In this document: piece after piece, positions 12,160 through 23,800 of the stretch
Numbering within the stretch: the first letter of the stretch is position 1
How the letters are laid out: each line of letters starts with the position of its first letter
Assembly: GCA_905178155.1 (NCBI GenBank)
Contig: CAJINV010000013.1
Location: 796,344 to 860,343, forward strand
Source of the DNA: Amoebophrya sp. A120
Lineage: Eukaryota > Protista > Dinoflagellata
Direction: 5' to 3'
DNA length: 64,000 bases
Notes under the pieces: generated by a model
Seen by the model: only the letters and a program-made list of their open reading frames with translations
Database searches by the model: none
What the model was told of the DNA's origin: nothing
Translations under genes and position numbers: made by a program

Positions 12160-13567
12160 CTGTCATGATCTCCGATTTAATTCCACGACTTTGTGATACT
12201 CCTTTTCACAATATTATTAATTGAGCACGATCCACCACTTCTAATTTTGCTCATCGATAGACTGAAAAGAAACTTCAACCAGTGCCACTTATTTATGATT
12301 ATAGGCCCGCGAAAATACACAAAAACAATGCGATATGACAGATGAAAAAAGCACGGCATAATAATATGCATAGACTTGCACCGCTTGATGGAGATGGATC
12401 ATTCTGCCGCTGGTTCTGGTACGAGGTAAGATATGTTCCCCAAATAAAGACACGATGTGAAAAATGTACTTACCAAACTGCAAGCTGAACGAAACCGAAG
12501 ATGATCAAAAATGTCGGTTAGATAAAGGGACGAAGATATCAAGACCATGATCGGTGTGCTGTGTGACTACAGCAAGTCGGAATCGATTTTTCCGCCCAAC
12601 CGAAAATCGCAGTCTCCAAAAGCGGTCGAACGTTGAGATCTCATCATCTGTCTGGCGAGCTATTTCTTGATGATGCCCGATCATGTCGGTTGTGTCTGGT
12701 ATCCGAAACTTTCTGTGGCCCTACTGCAAGACCATGATATAGTGTTTTGCATTTTGTGGCACTGGCGGTCCAACCACAACGACGCTGGCGGTATCATAGC
12801 GCCGACATTTACATGTTGTACATGCACGAGAGCAAAGAAAATGAAAAATATACGTGGAGCCAGTATTCCTCCTCATTCTCACTCACACTGCGGGTTGATC
12901 AACATCTATGTATGATGTATTGTGTTGAGTACCACCGACACTGCCGTGCTAAGAATGGAGTTGGACGTGTTGCAGCTGCCTGCTTCGCCACAGCACCTGG
13001 TGGACCACTTTGCACTTTTTTGTCAAACCTACCGCCGAATTCATTGCCGTCTTTTCTTTGATAAATAAACGAGTACAGGGACGATTATCTTCCAGAACTC
13101 TCCAACTCTCACTCTTCACTTGGTTCTTTCCTACCTATAGCTACAACCCAGGTGGTAAAGCACCTCCTCCAAAGTTATGTTAAATTTGCTAGCATGATGA
13201 ACATGACATCAATCACGCCCACCTGATGTCGTGACCGCTGTGACAACTTCCACCTTTTGAAAAAATTTTGTCCTATAATGTTGTGAAGCAAGGATGTTGA
13301 CGAGCTTCAACATCAACATCTAGTAATGACTTCATCTCTGTATTCAGCAGCCTGGAGACGACCTGATTTTCCAGTGCGGCGGAGTGACGATCGGAGAAAT
13401 TATATGACGGCTGGAAAATTATAGCTGGTCACTTTCGGGAACGGGCCTAAAGTGAGGCACTCGACGTGGCTCGTCGTTGTCCACCTCCTCGGAGGCAGAG
13501 AGCTGCAGCAGCTGCATAAGTGGACCACGAGCAGCTGCTAGAAGAACAAAAATTATAGATACTTACC

Positions 13568-15346
13568 ATGTCGGCATCGTCCCGCCCGCACCATCAACGT
13601 CAGCCTGCTGTCGCTCCTCTCGGCCGCGAGGGCGACGAGCAGCAGCAGCAGCAGCAGCAGAGTATTCACTTTTCCGATCGCGCAGTTCTTGGTGAAAATG
13701 ATCCAGAACATCAAATTTTGGTTCCAACGTCCCCGGCACAAATGACGACGAGCAGAACGCAAAGCGAGCGGCTCCGGCTGCTGACAGAGCGCCAGAGTGA
13801 CGTGCCAGCCCTTGCACCGCCGTCCTCGCCGGGAGGTGTTCTTTCTGCCGGACCGGAGATGTCGACGAGGGAACAACTGAATGAAAATACTTTCGTGCTA
13901 GAAGGGGAACAGCAGCAGCTCCTGCAGAGCCAAAGGCATCACCTTGAGCAAGAGCAGCAAGAGGAGGGTTTAGGGTTCCTCCACGACAATGATGTTGGAG
14001 AAGGCCGCGGCGTGCCAAAAGGCGATGAAGACGACAGTGTTAACTTTGGCCTCATTCTCGGGTATCGCGAGGTAGTGGACGTCCGGAAAGCAAAGCAACT
14101 CGCGCAAAGAGAACGGGAAAGAGCGCGAGCGCAGATGAAGATGGGAGCAGAAGATGTTGCAGCGCGAAGAGGCGGTGACTATATGGAAGAAAAAGATGGT
14201 GGTGCGCCTGCGCGTCCACCAGGAATTGAACAAGAGCAGAAGTACGGAAGCAGGGCAACATCCCACTCAGAAATAGGCAGTTTGATGAGCCTTCGAAGAA
14301 GGACCCGAAGCAAGATAACGAGCACGCAAAGCCAAAAGATTTCTACCAGGCCGAAGCGCTGCGTCTGCATGGGCAAAAGGACAAAGAAATCGCGGCCCGT
14401 TTGCGTGATGCTCCTCCTTTCGATTTTCGGCGGGGCTTGTCTGGTCAGTCTTGCCGGATGGCTGCTGTACGAGGAATTTTTTGCCGGCAAGGAGAGTCCT
14501 GCGGTCTGTGGTGCGCGGGTACGCGATCAATGGTGTAAGAACCTGCCGTCTCTGAAGTACGACCCCACAGATCCGACGGAAAGACCCTGGTTTGACCACT
14601 GGGCCGGCATCGACTTGATGCAAACCGGACCGAAGCGCTTTGGTCTCACCAGCAAGCGTGGCACGCCAGCCGGTGGGCTTTGGTCCAAGCCGAACAAGGC
14701 CACAAGGACGGCCAAGGGCTCCTGGGTGTGCAAGAAGAGCACGAACTTGGAGGGGCGAGCCTTCGGGGACCAGCTGCCTTTGTGGAACACGCCGGGTTTG
14801 ACCGATCATGTGAATCTCGCGGTGGACCTGTTCTGCGGTGCGGACGCGTACGTGGACATCGATGGAACGCAGCCCGTTTTCAAGTACCAAAACCTGACCA
14901 GAGAGGAAAAGCACGCCGAGCAAAAAAGAATTGCCGGTCAGGTTCTCCACGACACCTGTTGCCGCGAGACGCAAGAAACCTTTTGCATCGAGAGGATGCA
15001 GCCACAGGCCGGACGCGACGAAGCGTGCCGCGATGTGCGGGCGATGCGCTTCTTCTGGAAGAATAGCAATGGGGAGTACAAACAAACAGCGGGGAGCCAA
15101 GGGGGTAGTACAAATACTGATAAAGGGAAATCGAAGGGCATCCAACTGCAATCTAGTCGTGGTGTTTCGAAGGCCTGGTTTTGTCAAGACTTTAAAAACT
15201 CACCCGGTACGTGGCTCCCAGGCCAACCCCAGTGCTTGGTCGAAGACCTAAACTTGGAGGCAGCCCGAGCGAGCGTGCAAGCAGCTTGCAGTACCCACTA
15301 CCCAATCCCTACTACTATTTCGGCGTATTGCTCTTTGAGTGCGTAG
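13568..15346 (+). CDS. Single-pass membrane protein with Cys-rich ectodomain, paralog B (intronless, 592 aa)
   Basis: Long ORF with Q-rich N-terminus, TM segment VCVMLLLSIFGGACLVSLAGWLLY, and Cys spacing conserved with 8443-12159. Confidence 0.85.
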   Translation: MSASSRPHHQRQPAVAPLGREGDEQQQQQQQSIHFSDRAVLGENDPEHQILVPTSPAQMTTSRTQSERLRLLTERQSDVPALAPPSSPGGVLSAGPEMSTREQLNENTFVLEGEQQQLLQSQRHHLEQEQQEEGLGFLHDNDVGEGRGVPKGDEDDSVNFGLILGYREVVDVRKAKQLAQRERERARAQMKMGAEDVAARRGGDYMEEKDGGAPARPPGIEQEQKYGSRATSHSEIGSLMSLRRRTRSKITSTQSQKISTRPKRCVCMGKRTKKSRPVCVMLLLSIFGGACLVSLAGWLLYEEFFAGKESPAVCGARVRDQWCKNLPSLKYDPTDPTERPWFDHWAGIDLMQTGPKRFGLTSKRGTPAGGLWSKPNKATRTAKGSWVCKKSTNLEGRAFGDQLPLWNTPGLTDHVNLAVDLFCGADAYVDIDGTQPVFKYQNLTREEKHAEQKRIAGQVLHDTCCRETQETFCIERMQPQAGRDEACRDVRAMRFFWKNSNGEYKQTAGSQGGSTNTDKGKSKGIQLQSSRGVSKAWFCQDFKNSPGTWLPGQPQCLVEDLNLEAARASVQAACSTHYPIPTTISAYCSLSA

Positions 15347-16169
15347 AAAATGTGCCTCTTTCTTGGAGATCATGTATCATTGTTCTCGAGAATCACTACA
15401 AGCAGGCACCAGAGTCACATTTTTTTACCAGGGAGTCCTCCGACTATGAATATCACGAGGACATTTCTTAAGCTTTGAATGCGGGTGGGGATTCCGATCC
15501 AGCACCAACACAAGAAGAAACGATTCGATTTTAAATGACAAGAGAGAAGAAGAATATTATGTTCCTGCGAGAGAAGATTCTGATTCAAAGATCGAGAAAA
15601 GAAAGCCGAGCGCAAGCCCTAGTCGACAGCTAATGCTATGGAGGCAAGTATGGTCGGCTAATTTTGAAGACTATCGACAACATGTTCTTCGTGGTTATCT
15701 CATCCCAGGTTCCTTCGACGTTGACCACGTATTCTTCGACAGGACGGTTTGTTTCAAGCAATTGCTCATCTATTTTGAATTCCATGATTTCCATCGTCAT
15801 TTCCTAAAATGAAAATCGTGTGGGTGTAGGTGAGAGAATCGTAGTCGTTTCTTCGTCGATTCTGATTCTGTTCCAGTTGCTAATGATGTTCTACCAATAA
15901 ACTAAAAATGAGTGAATGTGCCAGCATCGTGTGGTCCTCGTCGTCGTTTATCCTCGCAGCTTTGATAGAAATAAGACAAGGGTACTAGGACACTATCCTA
16001 TCCTCCAGTTGTAGTAATTTTTGCTCTGTGTCTCTCTCTGAGAAGCTATGACTATGAGTAGAACAAGAAAGAAGCATAATATTGATGCGCGAATCATGTT
16101 CATGTCGAAACCCAATGTTAAATAATCTTGAGAAAGAACAAAGTAGTCCCATAAGTATTTATCAGTATC

Positions 16170-17807
16170 ATGATGAAGGTCACCAGTCCTGCAGCGTGCG
16201 CAGACAGCGTTTTTCGCTCTCTCTGCTATGCCGGTGCTGTAGTTGTGGTCGCGGTGCTTTTCCACGAAAAGTTCCAGCAGAACGAAGGTGGAGAGCAAGG
16301 ACGAGCCGACGGAACCAATGAAAGTAGTGCGACTAAAGAAACAAGTCTTGCGACGCCCATCGCGACGTGTGTCGTACTGCTTTTGTTGCAGTCTATCCTC
16401 CTCCGCCTGCGGTACAGATTTTTGCAAGATCTGCAGCTGCACGCGACGAAGTGTCTGTACTTTTGGAGGCAGATCGCAACCCGCGGCGGAGAGGAAGAGG
16501 TCCGCGCGTCGAACCTGCGCGAATTAGCGTTCTGCGCCTACCAGGATGTCCTGTGGCGGACGACGAGAACCAGGGGAGCAGGGCAACTACATCCGCCGAA
16601 GATGAACTCAACATCGATGAGGACGTTGTCCTCACTCGCAACAGCTTCTGAGAGCGACACTCGCAGGACGAGCGATACTACGGGAGCTATCATGCTTGAC
16701 GGGGAAGCAGAAGAGCACGCAGATGATGACGTTTCCTTGGAGATTCACGAAGATGTTGGCGTTTTTGATTTTATTCCGGTGGAGGCATACTCCGACCGGA
16801 TCCTGGCTTTATGTACCTGCGCCAGAAGTGCAACTAGATGTAGAACTACAACCACTGGCAGCGTAACTTCAACTTCTTCTAAAATTGAAGCAGATCCGGT
16901 ACTACCGTCAAAGTCGTCTTGTAATTCGACTAGTACATCTGGATCTACATCTTTGACGAAGGCGAAGCGCAGCGCGAACAGTAGAAGCCCTCGATTCGTT
17001 CAGCTCGCTGCCACTGCGCAACGTCTTGATGTCAGCACGAACACGTGCGTAGATTTGCTACATGGCCTGAAGCATTACCAAAAGTTGACGGCTTTGCTGT
17101 CGAACGCCGGTGGTAGATTCGGCGGAGAACACGGGTGGACCACGGGGAGAACACCAGAGGCTTTTAAAAATACCACAGAACCTGAAGCAAACAGAGCCTC
17201 GTCGAGAAACAAGGCCACAGCTGCACAGTTTTCAAACGAACTAGTTCAAGAGCAGACACCCACCGTAGTTCTACAACCAGCTTCTTCGGTCTCACCCTTC
17301 GCACGACTTCAGCTGTTTTCCAGCCCCGCATGGAGGAGTTCTGTCGCATCAACCCTTTGCAGCAATTCGCTGCAGGCGATCCTGTTTGCGTCCAGCTTGG
17401 TGTTGGCCCTGCTGCTGTTTTTCTACATCGTGGAGGACAACAGATCTACCTCGAGCGCGGCAAATTTTTACGCCCTCCTCTTCCTCCACGCTTGGGTCAT
17501 AGCGGGCCTCTATGAGGCGGAGCAGGTCCTCCATCGAATCGCGGTGGAGGCTGTGTTGCGGGATTTCGGGGAGTTTCGCAGGGGCCTCAGGGCGGTGATT
17601 CTTGCGAAGAACAAATTGACTGAAGTAGAGGGATCGCCCGGGCGGGGCATCGAGAGAGCTACTAGAGCAAACGGGATCAAAAAGACTAAGACTTGCGAAG
17701 AAAAGGAACTGGATGTCATTAGCATCGACGTGGAAATAGGCGATGCGCATTGCACACCGGAACCCGCATTTACGGCCACCAGTATTTTTCTTCGTTCAAA
17801 TTCTTGA
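16170..17807 (+). CDS. Hypothetical multi-pass membrane protein (545 aa)
   Basis: Long ORF with about four hydrophobic segments separated by a Ser/Thr-rich loop; no family recognised. Confidence 0.65.
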   Translation: MMKVTSPAACADSVFRSLCYAGAVVVVAVLFHEKFQQNEGGEQGRADGTNESSATKETSLATPIATCVVLLLLQSILLRLRYRFLQDLQLHATKCLYFWRQIATRGGEEEVRASNLRELAFCAYQDVLWRTTRTRGAGQLHPPKMNSTSMRTLSSLATASESDTRRTSDTTGAIMLDGEAEEHADDDVSLEIHEDVGVFDFIPVEAYSDRILALCTCARSATRCRTTTTGSVTSTSSKIEADPVLPSKSSCNSTSTSGSTSLTKAKRSANSRSPRFVQLAATAQRLDVSTNTCVDLLHGLKHYQKLTALLSNAGGRFGGEHGWTTGRTPEAFKNTTEPEANRASSRNKATAAQFSNELVQEQTPTVVLQPASSVSPFARLQLFSSPAWRSSVASTLCSNSLQAILFASSLVLALLLFFYIVEDNRSTSSAANFYALLFLHAWVIAGLYEAEQVLHRIAVEAVLRDFGEFRRGLRAVILAKNKLTEVEGSPGRGIERATRANGIKKTKTCEEKELDVISIDVEIGDAHCTPEPAFTATSIFLRSNS

Positions 17808-17847
17808 AGCTATGGTCTAGACAGCTATTACACCAAATTGGAGTACA

Positions 17848-20800
17848 ATGAGTAAGTATTTACCTGCTAGGAGCGTGAGCGACTTGTGGTTCTCCCAAAA
17901 TAGCGAAAGCCTTGCTTGACCAAGAAATAAAACTGTAAAATTTCGCAGGCCGACAGCACGAAGATGATGAGAGCAGCGCTTATCGGTCCACGCAACGAAA
18001 GGCCGCCAGAGCGGCAGCAGGAGCAGCCTTTTCTGGTTCTGCGCCACCACCAAAGCCACGACCGCGAAAAGACAGAATCGTTGATGAAGAAGGAGCTGCA
18101 GCCGCAACAGTAGTTGAGCAAGACGTTCTTGCAATGGAGCGAACCCCCAACAGTCTCGCTGTGAATCACGAGGAAGACTTGAACCGCGATAATTCAAGCG
18201 TTGGAAAGAATATTAGACTCGGGTCATCTCCATTTCTCTTCTCTTCCGCAGACCGGGGCGCCGGGTGTCGAAGAGCAAGTACAAGAAGTTCAAGTGTCAG
18301 GAGGTACTACGGTCCTGTGGGTGCAGGTTTGGCGGGCACGAAATTCGGGTTGAGTACGGAGGAATGGAAAAATATGAAGCGGAACTTCAACAGCAAAGAC
18401 GTAGTTGCGCGTAGTCGCACTGCGACGCCGAGAAAAAGCATGACGCTGATCGGACGGGCAGCTGCGCAGCAGCACACTTCATCGGATAAACCGAATAAAG
18501 CGTCTGGTGGACCTGGTCGTGCTGGTGCGGCCGAAGATCTCCAACAAGGGCAGCGTTCCGTCGAAATGAGGCTGGTGCTTGACAAGGATCTAGAAGATCT
18601 CCGATTCAACGTGGAAGAAGCGAGCAGCGCTAGGAAGACCGACCGCGACGCTCTTCGTGCAACCGTGTTTGGAAAGAGGAACAAGTACAACTTTTATCGA
18701 GCACCGCGGACAACTGAAGAAACGCGAGGGGGAACAATCGAAGGTACTAGAGGACGAAATGAGGCACCACCGGCTGGACAAGCAAAACCAAAAGCAAGTC
18801 CGGTTTTAACGGTGTCCTCCTCCTCGTCCTGTGCCTCGTCCGGCGGGTCCGCTAGCGTAGCCGCGCTTGAGGATGGATTTCTTCGTGAAAATAAGGAAAC
18901 TCGATCAAATTCTTGTGCAGATGAACTACCGGAAGATCGGATTACCGAGCGGGATGGTCTCGACCTACTTGCCGATGCGGCTGTAAATGTTCACGTGGAT
19001 GAACAAGCGGATGATCCCGATTACAGCGCGTCGTCGTCCTCGAATAGCACGAGCGAGATACAGTCACAATCGGTTTTCACCGCATCATCTAAGAGCGGCC
19101 AAGAGTCAACATCCAGGAAGCGAACGCGTAGACGGACAGCTGGGGGAGAAGGGAAAAAGTGCCTTGGCAGTGGATCATCTACTGGTAATGCAGCGCAGGA
19201 TCAGCAGGACAGGACAACACGGAGAACCCGCACAAGAACCAGAAAAATACGAAGTGATGAAGGAGCTACAGTGCCGCCGGAAGAAAAAGCACAGCCAGCA
19301 CAAACACGTCAATATGTTGAAACGACATCAGAAGTAGAAGATCCGCGAAAGCAGCAGGCAGCGACGGCGCTAGCAGATGATGCAAACAATGAAGTCGAGG
19401 GCTATCGACGTTCTTCACATCACGACGGGCCCGCAGCTCTGTATGTTGATCAGGATGACAAGGACGAGGGACAACTTCCACACGACGTTGGAGGTGGTGA
19501 CGAGCAAATCTCGATGAACAGTGCGGTTGATCTGGCAGCACTGGGGCTGCAGGACTCCATCCTTCCAGAAGATGAGCAGGATGAAGTCATGAGCGCGTTC
19601 ATGAGCAATCTGTCCGTCGCAGGATTTTCCTCGCCGCATGAGAAGAAAATGAGAGGAAATAAGTGGAACACGAACAACTACTACACTTACACGCCAGCAT
19701 CCGTGGCTAGTACGAGCAGACCAGAAAACACCGCACGAACAACGCGAGATCAGCAGCGTCCTGGTATTTCACCAAGGCCAGCAGGCATACTACGTGAACC
19801 TGGACCTCCTCGGCCACAAGAATTTCGTTTCAGTTTGAAGCCGAGCAAAACTGCAGCAGAAGAGGACACCGAGGGCACTAGCAGAACAGCAGAAGCACGA
19901 AATAAAGTAGAACTACAAGAGGGACAAGGAGAGACGCAGGACGTCGACGTTGTCGGCGGCGCTGCGGCAGCACGACCAAACGGAATAACAATAAACGATA
20001 AGATCAACATGAGCGATTGGCCAACGGATCAAAGGCAGCAAGAAGGAGATCCAGGCGATTTTGAAACTGCTGACGCGTGGCCGCCTGCGATTTCACCTTA
20101 TCTGCCGAAACCCAAGCCGCAAATCTCAACGCGGAACGCGCTCGGATCGCTGAAGGACATGATGAGAGTTGATCTTTCAACTATCGTAAAGGAACCTACT
20201 ACCGCTACCGATATATTCAAATTTTTGAGGGTCGAAAAAAACAGCTCTTCAGGATCCAAAAAAAAAGCTTCTTAGGGTTGCTGGAATCCCGACGTCAGGC
20301 TGCGGATCCGACCCTGCCGAAAGCCTGAAGACCGCACTGCTTCAGCATCGTTTCGTCGTGGATAGCTAGTAAGAGCACACGACTTCATCATCATCTTCGT
20401 GAGTTGTAATTTGATGTAGTGCAAGAAGAAGAACTGCAAGTGCTGGCATATTATAGCTAAAGGGTTTACTAGGGTTTAGGGTGTAAAGTCTTCATTTGTG
20501 AACTAGCTAACTTCCCAAAAAAGAAGCGTAAAAAAGGTCGAACGACGGAAGCCAATCCGCCCGGGACTGTCGCTCTGGCCCCACCTGGGGCCAGAGCGAC
20601 AGTCCCGGGCGGATTGGCTTCCAACTTTCGACCTTGTTTTAGCTTATTTCCTACGGAGTTAGCTAGTTCACAAATGAAGACGTTTAGCTATAATGTGCCA
20701 GCACTTGCAGTTGTACTACATCAAATTACAAGTCACGATGAGCATGATGATGAAGTCGTGTGTTCTATCTTACTACTTAGCTATCCACGACGATGATGAA

Positions 20801-23800
20801 GCAGCGCGGTCTTCAGGCTTTCCGCAGGGTCGGATCCGCAGCCTGACGCCGGGATTCCGGCAACCTTGAGAAGCTTTTTTTTTCGATCCTGAACAGCTGT
20901 TTTTTTCGATCCTGAACAGCTGTTTTTTTCGACCCTCAAAAATTTGAATATTCCGGTAGCGGTAGTAGGTTCCCTTTCGATATCAACATCGAAAATGCGG
21001 ATCAACATGAACAATCGCGATGCAGAAGATGAAGGGCAAGCCACTAGTAGGCAAGAACCCGATCATCTCCGAACCGCTGAGGACGCGCACCAGCACCAGC
21101 ACTTGATTCTTGAAGTTCCGAATGGTCAACCCGACACAGGAGCAGAGACGCGAGTTGAAGCTGAAGTTGCTGCGCAAGAAAGTACCAGTTGTACAAGAAA
21201 GGACGCCGGAGGAGCTTCACCTGTACAACCTGCGCCTCCACCACCACCTCCATCTCCATCTGTGATGATGTTTTACAAACAGCAAACCGACATCAGGATG
21301 ACCGGACAGCCTGCTGAGAAGGATTGCGATTGGTTCGGTCAGGTCGGTGTTCACGGCCAGTTCGTGTCACCGCAAAAACAAAAAGGTCCTCTGTACCAGG
21401 ACGAGGACTTAAACAACCAGAAGAACAAGTTGGTAGCGTCTTGGACTTCTTCCCAGGCTGATCATTCTGCAGCAACTCCGGCACCATCAGCTTCATCGGC
21501 ACCACATACAGCTTCCGCTACGAACACGACGAGCCAGCTCATTGACAACATCTTCAAGAAAACTGCGACTGTTGCTGCAGCAGCAACTAAACAAGTACAC
21601 CAGATGAAAGAGATGCCCTTGCCCACCACATCGAAAGAAAAGACGAACAAGGCTGCTGTTGAGAGGCTGAAAGAGAAATTTCCGGATACCCACGTCGAGT
21701 TCTACGTCAACGTGGATCCGAAACCGGGTGTGGGCGGCGGGAGAAGGAGCAAGCAGGAGGACAGTTATCGGGATCAACGTGATCTTTTTCCAGGAACACC
21801 GCCGCCCGCTGTAACGCCGCGGCTGATGACAGTGTCGAGAGTTCAAGACAGTGTCAGTTATGGCGGGAGCAAAGTGATATTTTTGAAAACAATAAAATTT
21901 TCGTCGATGGGTCTTGAGGTACTTGCGCTTACCATATTGAAAAGCAACGCAGGAAGAAAGCCACAAAAATATGCAGGGCAACTAGCTAGCGAGAAGAGGC
22001 GCGACGGAGCGGCATCAATTCGGGGGAAGGACGGCCCGGCCGGTCAATGTCGTGCGTTAGAATGATGCGCGGGCGGGTGGTTGGGGGGCGCCGTGATTTG
22101 CCTGCCTCGAAGACTAGCGCGGCAGCCGACCTGCTTGGCCTGGCAGAGATTGCGTGCCGGGTTCAGTCCCTGCGCAACAATAAGGGGCCGCCGCTTTGCA
22201 ATTGCCATGCAAATAAGGGACATGGGGCGGTGGCGCAGGGACGCGCTTTGCACCGGGTGGGCCAGTCCGCAGGCCACAGCGGCCCAATGAGGTGCGCGTA
22301 AGCTGCGGCCGTTCCCTTGCTGGAGGACCTCAGCCGCAAATGGGCGGGCTGCAACAATGTCGGCGCCGAGACTCCTTCCCACCGCCGCTAGTGGCTAGGG
22401 TCTGCAGAGGGCACCGCCGCCGGCGTTTTTCCTGGTGCCCAGTCTTCCCAACAAAAGCCTGAAGCCATAGCGACCCCCGCCCGGGTAGCACATTGGCGGG
22501 CTCTGTTCTGCCGCCACACAAAGCGGCCACTTCAAAACCCACGACGCGCTGCCCGGCCCCGCCCCCGAGGGGTTGGCGCGCATGGCTTTGGGGCCTTCTC
22601 CGTCGCGGTCCAGAAACCCCAACGAAAGCCCCCCCGCCTGCAGCGTCGGCAGCGCTTCTCAACCCTGTGCCACTTCCTCCTCTGTTCGCCGTTCTCTCCC
22701 TGCTCTTCTCATCTTTTGCGAGCATTTCAAGCCGGGAGCGGGTTGGGGAGATGTCTTGGCTACCGCGGCAACGCGATCGCCATGGCCCGGCTCCCGCGGG
22801 GCTCGGCCTCACCCAAGGGGCCAAGGGTTGTGAGCTGGCTTTGTGATTTCGGGCTTCGGACTTGCAATGCCCCTCGCGCCGTACTTGCCGCGGCCCAATC
22901 ACAGACCTTGAAACCATATAAAGCCCGCAGAGGGCCGACCCAAGATCCCTATGCAGGTTGTGCAACCTCGGGCGGGCGTCGGGCCCCAAGTCCACCCGGA
23001 CCCTTTGCAAGACCTGAAAACGCGAGTGTCTGATGGGGGATGCCGGGCACTTCGGGTGCCCGAAGGACCCCCCCCCCGAAATTTCCGAGAGGGGCCTCCC
23101 CGACATCCCTCTGACCCCCCCTCAAAAAACCCGGGGACAGACTTCGCCTTCCCCCGATGGTATGGCCGCTTCGGGACCCCCCCCTTATTTTTCGCCGGGA
23201 CCCCCCTTCAGGACCCCCCCGAAGAGGCCCGCCAGGAAGGTCCGGGGCCCCGGCCTTTTGCAAATAACCTGGCCCGACGAGATGCCCATCTTGGCGAAGC
23301 CCCCCCCCGTGGGCGCGCGGGCGGCCTGTATTCTTGTGTCCCGGCCGCCTTCGCGCAAACCAGAAGAAAAAAAGCGGGCGCCCGGGCCCCCGCAAGCTGA
23401 CCCCGCGTGGGCCCCCACAACCGGGGCCGCCCCGTGCCCCAAATCGCACACCACCTGCTCGCCGTTGTCCGCCAGTTGTTGCGACGGCTTGATCGCCTTC
23501 GGCGCCCCCCCTGATTTTCACAACTGCCTTCGCCCCCCCTCGCCACTTCCGGGGGCCTGTCGCGATGGTTGCTGGGGCCGACACAGGGTCGGGCATGTTG
23601 CTCGACAGCCAACGGCCAGGTGGCGCGGGGTGCGCCTGCCACCCATACGAAACAACCCCAGGCGTTGCCTGTTCCCTGACTATCCTAATCGCGGGGGAGG
23701 TTGACGGCGAAACGGCCCCCCGGGCGGCTCGGTTTGTTGGCACTCTTTTGGGGCCCGGTGTTCAGTAGCCCCGTTTTCGAATTTTAAGAGCTTGGCCCAG

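Noticed and set aside
20461-20481. Telomere-like GGGTTTA(CTA)GGGTTTAGGG (also ~51807-51837, ~59690-59706)
   Set aside because: Only 1-2 degenerate units; not enough to call an interstitial telomere.
22330-23743. Long overlapping G/P/R-rich ORFs on both strands (also 9318-9887)
   Set aside because: Arise from GC-rich, homopolymer-rich element interior; no recognisable protein, so not called as CDS or transposase.
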